Counted from the stretch's first letter, positions 41,100 to 51,229 are shown. The stretch is DNA of 64,000 bases from a bacterium (GCA_963675755.2 CAXXMD010000002.1:2385405-2449404); one strand, 5' to 3'. Numbers and translations: made by a program. The notes: generated by a model from the sequence alone, not told the origin.

Positions 41100-42953
41100 T
41101 TATCTCATTATCGAGCGGCCTTCTTCAATAATTTCTTCAAGTTTGCTTTTGAATCCGTTTAGATTTTTTTCCTGAGTAGATGCAATACGAATAATATTGT
41201 TAATTTTTCCCTTGAATTCACGAAGATTAAAACGGTTAGTAGAACGTCGTTTTAATATGTACAAATTGTCATTTTCACTTTCTAACAGTTCTTCTTCGTT
41301 CTCCCACAACTCTTCAATAATCTTTTCCCCAAATCGAAGTCCGGTATAACTGATATTGATTTTGTCAGCGGAACCATTGCCGGCAAGCAATATTAATTCC
41401 TTGGCAATTTCATTGATTTTTATCAATTCACCCATCTTTAGTAAAAAGATCTGACCACCCTCACCCAATACTGCCGCTTGTAATACAAGCTGAACAGCTT
41501 CAGGAATGGACATAAAATATCGTTTAACATCAGGATGCGTAACTGTTACAGGCCCGCCCTTACTGATTTGTTCCTGGAACAGTCTAATTACACTACCACT
41601 ACTACCAATTACATTACCAAATCGCACCGCCATACAGCGTGTACTGTTGGTATTATCGCTTGCCTGAACTACCTGCTCGGCAATGCGTTTTGTCATTCCC
41701 ATAAAACTGGTAGGATTAACAGCTTTATCAGTTGAAATAAATACAAATTTTTTGACATGGTGTTGAATACACACATCTAGCACATTCTTGGTACCCATTA
41801 CATTATTTTTTACAGCCTGACTGGGATGAAGCTCCATCATGGGTACATGTTTGTAAGCAGCAGCGTGAAAAACGAGCTGCGGTTTATGTTTATTAAACGC
41901 ATTATCTGTTTCAATAAAATCTGTAATATCTGCAAGCGCGAGAGAATAATCCAGTTCCGGATATTTTTCACTCAATTCACGATCAAGATAAAACAAACCG
42001 TTTTCTGAACGATCAAAAGCGACCAGTTTTTCAGGATTAAATTTAGCAATTTGCCTGCAAATCTCTGAACCAATGGAACCGGCAGCACCGGTAACCAGCA
42101 CACGTTTTCCCTCAATATATTTCTGAACCTGATCAAAATTGATTTGTATCTGTTCACGACCAATCAAATCTTCAATTTTAATCTTGCGAATTCGATCAAA
42201 AATTGTTTTCTGATCCATTGGGCCTTCAGGTTTGCTTATGATACGAAAAGGTTTGCCAGACATGCGACAAATCTTGACCAGCTCTCTCATATCTTCGCCA
42301 CGAGCATATGAAAACGCAATAATAATCTCATCCACATTCATGGTTTCTGCAAGGTGTAAAATACTTTTTCGATTTCCCATAACCTTTACACCCATAACCG
42401 AATGACCCAGTTTTTGGGGATCATCATCAACCAGCGCTATAGGATTGTAGCCCATTTCCCAATTGGATTTCAACTCTTTAATCAAACGACGCGCCATAAT
42501 TCCACCGCCAACAACCAAAACGCGTTTTACAGACAGTGATTTTTTATAAATGATCTCGTTATACAACCTGACAGAAAAACGGCTAAAACCGGTAAACAAG
42601 GTTATAATCATAAAATCTATAATAAAAACACTAAAGGGGATTGCATTTTTTAATGTAAAATATAAAATTATAGTTATTGTGATAGACGAAACAATATTAG
42701 CTTTACCTAATGCGACAATATCAGGAACGCTAGCATCTTTCCACTGCCCTGAAAAAGCTTTGAACAAACTAAAAACAAGGACTTTCACCAGTAATAATGC
42801 AGGAAGCGTGATTAAAAAAAGGTGTAATGCTTCACTATCCCAGGAATTAAAAAAAATAAGGCCAAAAGCAAAGAAATAAGAAATAACAAAAATCACCAGA
42901 TGTATTATAATATCCAGAGCCACTCTTTTATTGTAATAATTTGCGCTTAACAT
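41100..42953 (-). CDS. Membrane-bound UDP-GlcNAc 4,6-dehydratase (CapD/PglF/WbpM family)
   Basis: N-terminal TM helices, VTGAAGSIGSE, FHAAAYKHVP, ISTDKAVNP, RFGNV.GSSGSV. Confidence 0.95.
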   Translation of the reverse strand: MLSANYYNKRVALDIIIHLVIFVISYFFAFGLIFFNSWDSEALHLFLITLPALLLVKVLVFSLFKAFSGQWKDASVPDIVALGKANIVSSITITIILYFTLKNAIPFSVFIIDFMIITLFTGFSRFSVRLYNEIIYKKSLSVKRVLVVGGGIMARRLIKELKSNWEMGYNPIALVDDDPQKLGHSVMGVKVMGNRKSILHLAETMNVDEIIIAFSYARGEDMRELVKICRMSGKPFRIISKPEGPMDQKTIFDRIRKIKIEDLIGREQIQINFDQVQKYIEGKRVLVTGAAGSIGSEICRQIAKFNPEKLVAFDRSENGLFYLDRELSEKYPELDYSLALADITDFIETDNAFNKHKPQLVFHAAAYKHVPMMELHPSQAVKNNVMGTKNVLDVCIQHHVKKFVFISTDKAVNPTSFMGMTKRIAEQVVQASDNTNSTRCMAVRFGNVIGSSGSVIRLFQEQISKGGPVTVTHPDVKRYFMSIPEAVQLVLQAAVLGEGGQIFLLKMGELIKINEIAKELILLAGNGSADKINISYTGLRFGEKIIEELWENEEELLESENDNLYILKRRSTNRFNLREFKGKINNIIRIASTQEKNLNGFKSKLEEIIEEGRSIMR

Positions 42954-42990
42954 CTATTGTTCCTGTATTTTAGTTTTTAATAAATGTGAA

Positions 42991-45366
42991 CTATTTTAGT
43001 GCTTTACTTTCATTAAAGTATGAATAATAGTAAGAGGTATAACTTTCCTTAGGATTAAGATAATTGACAATCAAACCAGAGATCTTTGTGTTTGATTTTT
43101 TCAACAAACTCTTTGCCTTTTGCAATTCTTTTTGCGAGGTACTTCCTGCCTTGATAACCAAGACTGCACCATCTACTATAGATCCCAGTATACCTGCATC
43201 TGTAACAACATTGATTGGAGGTGTATCCAGGAAAATAACATCATAAACATTGTTCAATTCGAAAAGTAAATTCTTCATTGCGCGTGATCCCAATACTTCT
43301 GATGGATATTTGGGAATCTCACCGCAAGGAAGCAAATCTAAATTATCTATGCCCGTTTCCACAATTGAAGAATCAAAAGAAAACTGATTTTTGGCTTCTG
43401 TATTTGCACTGCCATTATCCCGATTTTTGGGAATTGACATTTCTATATCATCTATAGGCCTTTCATGGAGTTCATCATCAAAATCAAATATTTCCGGCAT
43501 ACCTATCAATTTCTTTGACGGCTCTTCATCTACAATTCGCCGAGGTACACGTACACTTTTCTCAACTTTGACATTCTTACTATTAATGATCAACTCTGCC
43601 AAACCGGGTTTTAACTCTCTTTCAAATACATGATGTAGCACAGGTTTGCGGAGATCAGCATCAATTAGTAATGTTTTGAGCCCCATTTGCGCTGTTGTAA
43701 CAGCCATATTTGATGAAATAAAAGATTTACCCTCATTAGGATTACTACTGGTCACCAGAATAATTCGCATTGCAGAGTCAAAATCTGAAATATTTAAATT
43801 CGTTCTTATAGACCGAAACGCCTCAGATTCAGGAGATTGCGGGTCAAGCAATGTAATCAAATCTTCTTTGGATTGTTCTGGTAATTTCCGAATCCTTTTA
43901 TTCAACCATTTTCCAGGACGTTTGAACAAGGGTGTTTTAATTTCAGGAATGGACCCTATTAAATTCAACTCTGATACTCGTTCAGCATCTTCGGCTTTTT
44001 TAATCTTGTCGTCAAAAAACTCTAACGCAAGCGCAAGTCCAACACCACAAGACATACCCAGCACAAATCCAACAATCAGGTTTAACATCTTTCTGGGACG
44101 AATGGGATTATCTGGCAAGATTGCTTTATCAATAATACGAATATTACCGGAAATTTCAGCTTCAGCAATTTTTGCTTCTTCCCTCTTGGAAAGCAGCATA
44201 GTATAAATCTCTTCACTAACAGCTTTGTCACGCATCAATTGAGCGAGACGCAATTCTTTTGCAGGCATGGTATTTAAATTTTGCTCGTAATTGGAAATAA
44301 CATCATCCAATGCTTTTTGCTGAGCTTCATATGCTTTTATATCTATATCAAGCGTAATTGACTCTTCCAATAAACGCTGTATTTCAGAAAGAGGATCAAT
44401 CGTATTTTCACCTGAAGCAATTCGCAATGTTTCGTCTCGAAGATTGTCACTAATCTCATTAATCTGCGTTCTCAACTCGACCATTTTCGGATGGTCCGCA
44501 GGATAATCTTGCACACTTAATCTTGTATATTGGTCTTCTAGATTAATCAACTCTTCACGCATTCTTTGTGCACGCGTTGAAGTCGTTTTGGTAACTGCCG
44601 GAACCAAATCCTTACGTTCTTCTGCCAATCTTTGCGTTATAAAACTCTGTCTTTCTTGTGCGGCATTCAAATTGGTAATGGTTTGATTCAACAAATTTTC
44701 AGCTTCGGTAATACGTCTCAAGATCTCGCTACCCTGCTGGCTGATTTCGGTCAATTTATTTTCTTCTTTAAATTCCCGCAACCGCAATTCGGCTTCATCA
44801 AGATCTCGCTTGTATCGCTCTAAATTGTCATTTATAATAGTCCGAACATTACTGGCCTCCTGACCAATAACTTCAAGGTTTCGCGCCACCAATACATCTG
44901 CAATACGGTTTGCAATAAACATCGATGACAAGGGAGACTCGGTATTAACCTCAATATTGATAACATCAGACCCCTGGACCGAACTGGCAACAATTCCCTC
45001 TTTAATCAAACCAACAAGATATTCCTGCTCATTAAAATTAGGACCTGCATCAATAGGATATGTAAACTCTGCTTTAATACTGTCCGGTAAAGTCAGTACA
45101 ACATCCCTAGCCATTGAACGACTTTGAATTTCTTCAATTTGATTGATAATAATATTTTCAGAGGTTACAGCATAAGATTCTGTAATCTGTCGGCCACCTT
45201 TTGATTGATCAAATACAATCTTGGTTTTAGCCGAAAAGACCGGCGTTGAATACTTGTTCAACATATACACCGGTACAAGGAATAATAATAGGGAAGCCAG
45301 TACAACCAGCTTTTTCCTTAATATTATATGAAAAATTCTTCGAAGATCTATTTCATTAGAGTTCAT
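42991..45366 (-). CDS. wzc: Polysaccharide co-polymerase / tyrosine autokinase (Wzc/GumC)
   Basis: EIDL start, periplasmic coiled coil, TSSNPNEGKS Walker A, LLIDADLR, FLDTPP, C-terminal YTSYYYSY. Start set at ATG 45366. Confidence 0.93.
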   Translation of the reverse strand: MNSNEIDLRRIFHIILRKKLVVLASLLLFLVPVYMLNKYSTPVFSAKTKIVFDQSKGGRQITESYAVTSENIIINQIEEIQSRSMARDVVLTLPDSIKAEFTYPIDAGPNFNEQEYLVGLIKEGIVASSVQGSDVINIEVNTESPLSSMFIANRIADVLVARNLEVIGQEASNVRTIINDNLERYKRDLDEAELRLREFKEENKLTEISQQGSEILRRITEAENLLNQTITNLNAAQERQSFITQRLAEERKDLVPAVTKTTSTRAQRMREELINLEDQYTRLSVQDYPADHPKMVELRTQINEISDNLRDETLRIASGENTIDPLSEIQRLLEESITLDIDIKAYEAQQKALDDVISNYEQNLNTMPAKELRLAQLMRDKAVSEEIYTMLLSKREEAKIAEAEISGNIRIIDKAILPDNPIRPRKMLNLIVGFVLGMSCGVGLALALEFFDDKIKKAEDAERVSELNLIGSIPEIKTPLFKRPGKWLNKRIRKLPEQSKEDLITLLDPQSPESEAFRSIRTNLNISDFDSAMRIILVTSSNPNEGKSFISSNMAVTTAQMGLKTLLIDADLRKPVLHHVFERELKPGLAELIINSKNVKVEKSVRVPRRIVDEEPSKKLIGMPEIFDFDDELHERPIDDIEMSIPKNRDNGSANTEAKNQFSFDSSIVETGIDNLDLLPCGEIPKYPSEVLGSRAMKNLLFELNNVYDVIFLDTPPINVVTDAGILGSIVDGAVLVIKAGSTSQKELQKAKSLLKKSNTKISGLIVNYLNPKESYTSYYYSYFNESKALK

Positions 45367-45385
45367 AATATACCCTGAATTAAAA

Positions 45386-45907
45386 TTAATTCCGGTTCCA
45401 GTACCAATAAACCTGTGCAACAATTGCCAACTGCGAAACTACACGAATTACCGTTTGCCATCTAAACCAATTATTCTTCCCTACCTGAACAACATCGCCA
45501 GGCTGCAAAGTTGGCAGTAATTGCTCAAATTCCTGGCTCTCCAGAATTTTGTGCAAATTAATTTTGACAATCCTCTTCTGGCTCGCCTGATTCATCATAA
45601 TATTACGATACGCTTCCCGTTCTATAGGACCAGCAGAACTTGTAATACTCAGCAAGCCTCTTGTTATTTTAACATTTTTCAAGTTTGAATATTCCGTTGG
45701 ACCACCTGCTTTTGAAATCAATTCAAGCAAATCAGTTTTATCAGAAACTATGTATTCTCCGGGAATTCTCACCTCACCCCAAATATGAACAGTGAACTGA
45801 AGCTTCCCATCTTCGCCAATGATATATTCATTCTTTTTAACGACACTTTGTCCAAATAACCAAAAAGGAACAAGTACAAACACTAAAATAAGGATTACAT
45901 TCTTCAT
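45386..45907 (-). CDS. SLBB-domain polysaccharide export protein (short Wza-like)
   Basis: VHIWGEVRIPGEY...LISKAGG...LQPGDVV; signal peptide; amphipathic C-terminus. Confidence 0.85.
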   Translation of the reverse strand: MKNVILILVFVLVPFWLFGQSVVKKNEYIIGEDGKLQFTVHIWGEVRIPGEYIVSDKTDLLELISKAGGPTEYSNLKNVKITRGLLSITSSAGPIEREAYRNIMMNQASQKRIVKINLHKILESQEFEQLLPTLQPGDVVQVGKNNWFRWQTVIRVVSQLAIVAQVYWYWNRN

Positions 45908-45996
45908 AATGATTCTTTTTTTTAAAATTAAATGAATATGTCAATATTAATATATGAACTCTACCCCAAAGACCATAATCTGCACGATTACAATTT

Positions 45997-46012
45997 TGCA
46001 ATTAGCGTGCCA
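45997..46012 (-). promoter_or_regulatory. Canonical sigma54 -24/-12 promoter of the polysaccharide operon
   Basis: TGGCACGCTAATTGCA on the minus strand matches TGGCAC-N5-TTGCW; about 90 nt upstream of the first operon gene. Confidence 0.85.
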
Positions 46013-46184
46013 AATTCCCGGAAGCATTATAATTTGTCAAAAGAATACAACATCTTTTTTTTATTTTGTATTCCCTTACAAGGCATACTAGACCACTTGA
46101 ATTGTAAAAAATTTGCTTAATAATGTCAAGATTTTTCCTGAAAAAATTTAGAATTGCATGCCCCCATGATTTTTACAACAATAC

Positions 46185-47684
46185 TTAATACCTGTTCATT
46201 TTGAACTGATCCAGTAAACTGATTTGGTTTTCAAAATCATAATATGTATTCGTCATCAAAGACAACAATGACCTTCTATACCCCAAGTAAGCATCCAGAA
46301 AATTCAACTCTGTATCGGTTTGCCTTGATATGTTTTGCAATAAATCTTGCAATGAAATTTTGCCTTTTTGATACAAAACAATGCTCTGATCAGTAATTTC
46401 TATCGCCATATCCAAATTTTCTTGCATATTCAAAGCTCTGGTTTGATATTCTTCCAAATTCGATATAGCATTTTTAATTTCAGACTCTATTCTTGTTTTA
46501 GTTTCTTCTTTGTATAGGTCAACACGTTTAATATCGAGCTTGTAAGCTTCAATCCTTGCTTTTCTTTGCCCCCAATCCCATAGTGGTATATAGGCAGTCA
46601 AGGTTACAGAATTGCTGTTTTCATTATCTTCCCACAGATATTGATATGTTTCATCCTGTTTTTCAATTCCATAAGTCATTTCAAGGTTCATACTAAAGGA
46701 ATTCCAACCCTTAACATTTTCAAGATCTATTTCATCTCGTCTTCTACTATTATCAAGAGTACGCATACTCGGACGTAAAGTCAAACCATATTGAGTAGCT
46801 TGATCCAGATCCACCTCAATTGGGGAAATTTTTACCACCGGGTTGATAAAAATATCATCTTCAGTATCAATACGCAATGTTTGTTTCAAGCGAGCCGTTG
46901 CAAGGCGCAGCTCACTTTTATTTTGCAGCATCCTTTCCTCGGCATTTGCAAGCTCTACCTGTACCTGAATTGCTTCAATAGATCGGGTGGTATCTTCTCG
47001 AGAAACACGATCAACAAACCCCGTTACTCGTTTTAAATTTTGAATTTTATGATCAAAGATAATACTTAGATAAGTCAATCGAAAAAGATTATAATATGAA
47101 TCTGCAATGGTATTTAAATACCCTACCTGATCAGTTAGAAAAGTCAACTCTTGCCGTTGCAAGTTCAACTCTGCTTGCTCAATATTATTTTTCAATGTGT
47201 TTGGCTTGAAAAATGGTTGCTCAAACTTAACAAAATACCGGTTATAGTAACTCACATCCTGCTCACCCTCGTCCATCTGAATATAACGGTACATGGTATT
47301 ATTCAAAGACAAGTATCCATTTGTAGGATACCCTAATAAAATCACAGGTTGCCGAATGGATAAATCCATTTGAACTTTTTGGGTGTTCTGACGAATCATC
47401 TCATCGCGCTGAAGCGTAGAATTCCATTTATATTCAGATAAATTACTAATTTCTGGGGCTGTAACATTCATATAAACAGAGGATTTTAATCCCGCACGCT
47501 CTGCCTTTAACCAATATCGAGTTCGTTCAATTCCCAGCTTGAGTTGCCGAATTCGATAACTGTTATCCATAGCAATTCTTACAGCAGAATGTAATGTTAA
47601 CTCTATTGTTCTTTCTTTTGGTAGCGCAGGTGCGGAAATTGCAAGTATAATTAAAAAAATTGAAATCTTGAATACTCTGTTCAA
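46185..47684 (-). CDS. TolC-family outer membrane efflux protein
   Basis: Signal peptide, LTLHSAVRIAMDNS, IPLWDWG, YQKGKISLQDLL. Confidence 0.85.
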   Translation of the reverse strand: MNRVFKISIFLIILAISAPALPKERTIELTLHSAVRIAMDNSYRIRQLKLGIERTRYWLKAERAGLKSSVYMNVTAPEISNLSEYKWNSTLQRDEMIRQNTQKVQMDLSIRQPVILLGYPTNGYLSLNNTMYRYIQMDEGEQDVSYYNRYFVKFEQPFFKPNTLKNNIEQAELNLQRQELTFLTDQVGYLNTIADSYYNLFRLTYLSIIFDHKIQNLKRVTGFVDRVSREDTTRSIEAIQVQVELANAEERMLQNKSELRLATARLKQTLRIDTEDDIFINPVVKISPIEVDLDQATQYGLTLRPSMRTLDNSRRRDEIDLENVKGWNSFSMNLEMTYGIEKQDETYQYLWEDNENSNSVTLTAYIPLWDWGQRKARIEAYKLDIKRVDLYKEETKTRIESEIKNAISNLEEYQTRALNMQENLDMAIEITDQSIVLYQKGKISLQDLLQNISRQTDTELNFLDAYLGYRRSLLSLMTNTYYDFENQISLLDQFKMNRY

Positions 47685-47730
47685 TGGTTCTCCAGTAGCG
47701 TTACATAAATTAATACAGCATTCTATAATA

Positions 47731-48732
47731 TCATCGGACTGTTTTCATATATTTTAAATATTCTTTTCGAGTTACCAGTCCAACATACTCTTTATATATT
47801 CCCCCATTATGTCCGGCATCGTAGACGCGAACAGCTATTACATTTTCTCCTTCTTTTCGAATAAAATCAGGAGGAACAAAATAAGCCCTCAACTCTTTTT
47901 TCATATTCTCAATAGTGGCCGGCTTTCCATCTTGCGGAAATCTTCCTGTCAACCCAATAAGATGTCCATTAAAATAAACCTGATCAATATCATTAACCTT
48001 GCCAAGCAACAAAATCAATTTTTCATCAGCATACTTTTGATCAATCTTGAAACGTTTTCTATACCAGGCAATGCCATCCAGGTTCGGATAGCCCTGATCT
48101 TCCCAATATGCCGGCACCTTGATCACATCCCATGCAGACTCGTCAAAATTCGGATCTTTCCATGTAAGACTATCACCATGCTTGAACCACCAAAGCCCAG
48201 TTAAATCCAAAACCAACTTTACTACATCAATTCTTGAATACAACCCGACGTCACCGGTATATATTCCACCAACACCTTGTTTGTCATATACACGTACTGA
48301 TATGATATTTTCACCGCCATACTTTAATGCTACCCGTGGTATTTTATAAACACGGTTATTATCAAAAGCAGACTTGTAATCAGGCGGTAATTGGCCCATG
48401 CCTCCAATATAATGACCGTTCAAATAAACCATATCCACATCATCAATTCGGCCCAACTTGACGTATAACACTTTATTTTTCAGTTCACGACTTATAGAAA
48501 ACCGAATTCTGTACCATGCAAATCCATCATAACCGGGGAAACCTTCGTTTTCCCAACTATCAGGTACTACTATTTTTTCCCATTGCTCATCATTATAATT
48601 TGGACTGGCATATTCTTCACGATCACCAATTTCAAAACGCCACTCACCTTCTAAAGATAATTCCTTTTCGAGTTCCATGGCGTGATTTTTAGCACAAAAT
48701 AATAAAATTATAATTAAAACAAACTTCCGCAT
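47731..48732 (-). CDS. Secreted protein of two tandem galactose-binding-like jelly-roll domains
   Basis: Duplicated L.G.W.F..GD...W..I.VP..WE..G.P..DG.AWYR...LG...D.D.VY.NG...N.I.VRVYD...GGIY. Confidence 0.8.
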   Translation of the reverse strand: MRKFVLIIILLFCAKNHAMELEKELSLEGEWRFEIGDREEYASPNYNDEQWEKIVVPDSWENEGFPGYDGFAWYRIRFSISRELKNKVLYVKLGRIDDVDMVYLNGHYIGGMGQLPPDYKSAFDNNRVYKIPRVALKYGGENIISVRVYDKQGVGGIYTGDVGLYSRIDVVKLVLDLTGLWWFKHGDSLTWKDPNFDESAWDVIKVPAYWEDQGYPNLDGIAWYRKRFKIDQKYADEKLILLLGKVNDIDQVYFNGHLIGLTGRFPQDGKPATIENMKKELRAYFVPPDFIRKEGENVIAVRVYDAGHNGGIYKEYVGLVTRKEYLKYMKTVR

Positions 48733-48784
48733 CTAAATCCCAAAACTTGATGTATTGCAAATTAACACAATATAATGGTAAAAA

Positions 48785-48823
48785 GTGTTAATTGGGTGTC
48801 AAAAAGTGTAAAAAAATGTAAAA
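48785..48823. promoter_or_regulatory. Four direct TGTHA repeats at 10-11 bp spacing, putative OmpR-family binding site
   Basis: GTGTTA (48785), GTGTCA (48796), GTGTAA (48806), ATGTAA (48816), between the regulator and the jelly-roll gene. Confidence 0.55.
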
Positions 48824-48840
48824 CCAGTATTAACCCGCAC

Positions 48841-49536
48841 CTATTCTATAAACTTGTAACCAATTCCATACACGGTCAAGATGTGTTTAGGATTTACCGG
48901 ATCAATTTCTATCTTTTTACGCAGCTTGACAATATGGTTGTCAACAGTTCTTGAGGTTGGAAAATAATCATATCCCCATACATCATCCAACAGCTTATCT
49001 CTGCTGATCGTTTGCCCTTCATGTTCCAGAAAGTATTTTAGTATCTCAAATTCTTTAAAAGTCAATTCAACTTTACCATTATCATCATATGCTGAATAAT
49101 GATCAAAATCGACTTTGATCTTTCCAAAAGTATGATACTTGACCTCACCATCAGCTTCTTCAGGTGTGCGGCGCAATACCGCCTTTACTCTGGCAAGCAA
49201 CTCTCTGACACTAAATGGCTTTGTAATATAATCATCCGCACCCAGTTCAAGTCCCAACACTTTATCAATTTCCTGTCCCCGTGCCGTGAGCATGATAATA
49301 GGGATCTTGATTCCTTTACCTCGCAGCTCTTTACAAACATCAAAACCCGATTTTTTGGGCAACATAACATCAAGAATAATCAACTGCGGCTTTCCTTCAA
49401 CTGCGAGCTGTAACCCTTTTTCACCATCTTCTGCAATAATTACATCATGACCATCGAACTCAAAATTATCTTTTAACCCCTGGGCCATTTCAAGCTCATC
49501 TTCAACTATGAGAATTCGCGCCATTTTTTTCTCCAT
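48841..49536 (-). CDS. OmpR/PhoB-family response regulator
   Basis: LIILDVMLP, LGADDYITKPF, SRTVDNHIVKLRKKIE, TVYGIGYKF. Confidence 0.95.
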   Translation of the reverse strand: MEKKMARILIVEDELEMAQGLKDNFEFDGHDVIIAEDGEKGLQLAVEGKPQLIILDVMLPKKSGFDVCKELRGKGIKIPIIMLTARGQEIDKVLGLELGADDYITKPFSVRELLARVKAVLRRTPEEADGEVKYHTFGKIKVDFDHYSAYDDNGKVELTFKEFEILKYFLEHEGQTISRDKLLDDVWGYDYFPTSRTVDNHIVKLRKKIEIDPVNPKHILTVYGIGYKFIE

Positions 49537-51126
49537 TTAATTAAGAGGAAACGCACAAGTGAACGTACTACCCTTTTTAGGTTTACTTGAAACCCAAATT
49601 TTACCACCGTGCACATCAATAATATGTTTAACAAGTGACAGCCCTAATCCGCTGCCCTTAGTATTATGAACCAGACTATTTCCAGCTCTGTAAAATTTCT
49701 CAAAAATCTTGGATTGCTCAGACTCTTGAATACCAATCCCTTTATCTTGAACAGACATTTCCACAGAACCGTTTTGTCGCACAACAGAAACTTTGATAAA
49801 TTTTTCATCAAAACTATATTTAACAGCATTGTCAAGCAAATTCACAAACGCTTGTGTAATAGCCTCTTTATCAATATAAACAAGAGGAATATTAGGTTCA
49901 AAATATTTTTCAACTTTGAATCCATTTTGAGTAAAACGGAAATGATACAATTCCAATGTCTGCTCTATTAAATCAATCAGATTCGATTGTTCAAATTTAT
50001 ATTCTTTTTTTCTGGATTCAATTTTAGAAAAATCCAGAATATTATTAATCAATTGTGAGAGACGAGCACTTTCGCTCATTATTGTTTTATAATAATGCTG
50101 TTTCTTTTCTTCAGAATTAACACGTCCCATTTCAAGGGTTTCAGCAAACATACGAATCAAAGCAAGAGGAGTTCTCAACTCGTGAGAAACATTAGCAACA
50201 AAACTTGTTTTCATCTTTGCTAGAGAGATCTCTGTTGTAACATTGTAGAACAAATAGCCGAGTCCACCAAGAAAAACTACATTAACAATGACAAGTAAAA
50301 CAAGGTTTGTCCTGGATCTGGATTTTGACAATTCAGCAAGTGTAGTACCAGCTAATTTTATCTGAATATCCAAATCAGGTAAAATCCATAATTCTTCGTA
50401 TTTTTCGTAATCACTTTCATATGCATCATCAGTGGCAAAAATAATTTTACTATCATCCTTGACAGCAAAAATCAAATTACCATCATTCATTGATCCAAAT
50501 TTGCGTGCTACAATATCATGAATATAAGCAAGATCATCCACAATAATTCCAGCCAAAACGACATTTTCATTAGAATACGAATTATTAACAATAGGAAAGA
50601 TTAACAGTGTCTCCCTGGCCTGAGGATTATTCTGCCAAGTCACTGCTAGAGGTTTTATATAACCCTGTTGAGCTCGTTTCACCTGTTTATCAATTTCTTT
50701 ATCAAGATCAAGGATTATAGAGTTTAGCTTGTTACGAAACTCGGCTCTTTCTGCCTCCAAAGTCAATTTTGTAGATTCCTGGTCTAAAGCATAGACCACA
50801 AACTGATTAGAGAACCAAACAAAAGACCCGCTTATACTGGATTTGGAATTATTGAAAGCATACAATCCAGATTTCAATCGTCCATAAGAGTGACGTGTAA
50901 AAGATTCTGCCAAAGTATTAATCTCAGCATACCAGGACATAAACATATCCCAACAATGCTGATTTACAGAGAACAAAATACTTCCAAGTTGCCTGTCATA
51001 AATAGATTTAATCAACTCTTCATTTTTGTCACTTTGTACAAATTGAAAAATAGTATAAGTAAAGATAGGGACAAGTAGAGCAATGACAGTGGTAAAAACT
51101 ATTTTTGTAATAGGAGATTTATTCAT
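49537..51126 (-). CDS. Membrane sensor histidine kinase
   Basis: Two TM helices; VSHELRTPL, NLLDNAVKYS, DKGIGI, KGSGLGL. Start set at ATG 51126 (MNKSP). Confidence 0.93.
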   Translation of the reverse strand: MNKSPITKIVFTTVIALLVPIFTYTIFQFVQSDKNEELIKSIYDRQLGSILFSVNQHCWDMFMSWYAEINTLAESFTRHSYGRLKSGLYAFNNSKSSISGSFVWFSNQFVVYALDQESTKLTLEAERAEFRNKLNSIILDLDKEIDKQVKRAQQGYIKPLAVTWQNNPQARETLLIFPIVNNSYSNENVVLAGIIVDDLAYIHDIVARKFGSMNDGNLIFAVKDDSKIIFATDDAYESDYEKYEELWILPDLDIQIKLAGTTLAELSKSRSRTNLVLLVIVNVVFLGGLGYLFYNVTTEISLAKMKTSFVANVSHELRTPLALIRMFAETLEMGRVNSEEKKQHYYKTIMSESARLSQLINNILDFSKIESRKKEYKFEQSNLIDLIEQTLELYHFRFTQNGFKVEKYFEPNIPLVYIDKEAITQAFVNLLDNAVKYSFDEKFIKVSVVRQNGSVEMSVQDKGIGIQESEQSKIFEKFYRAGNSLVHNTKGSGLGLSLVKHIIDVHGGKIWVSSKPKKGSTFTCAFPLN

Positions 51127-51190
51127 ATAAAACCAATTGATAGTCCATTCAAGTAATGGAATATAAAAAAAAGTAGAATAGAATAAAACA

Positions 51191-51222
51191 AAAAAAAAGC
51201 CCTGCACAATGTACAGGGCTTT
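51191..51222 (-). terminator. rRNA operon terminator
   Basis: AAAGCCCTG...CAGGGCTTT hairpin with a T-run on the minus strand, just after the 5S gene. Confidence 0.85.
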
Positions 51223-51229
51223 AATTTAA

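Noticed and set aside
43646-44206. 186-aa antisense ORF within wzc and similar long antisense ORFs
   Set aside because: Mirror frames of well-supported genes with no motifs of their own.
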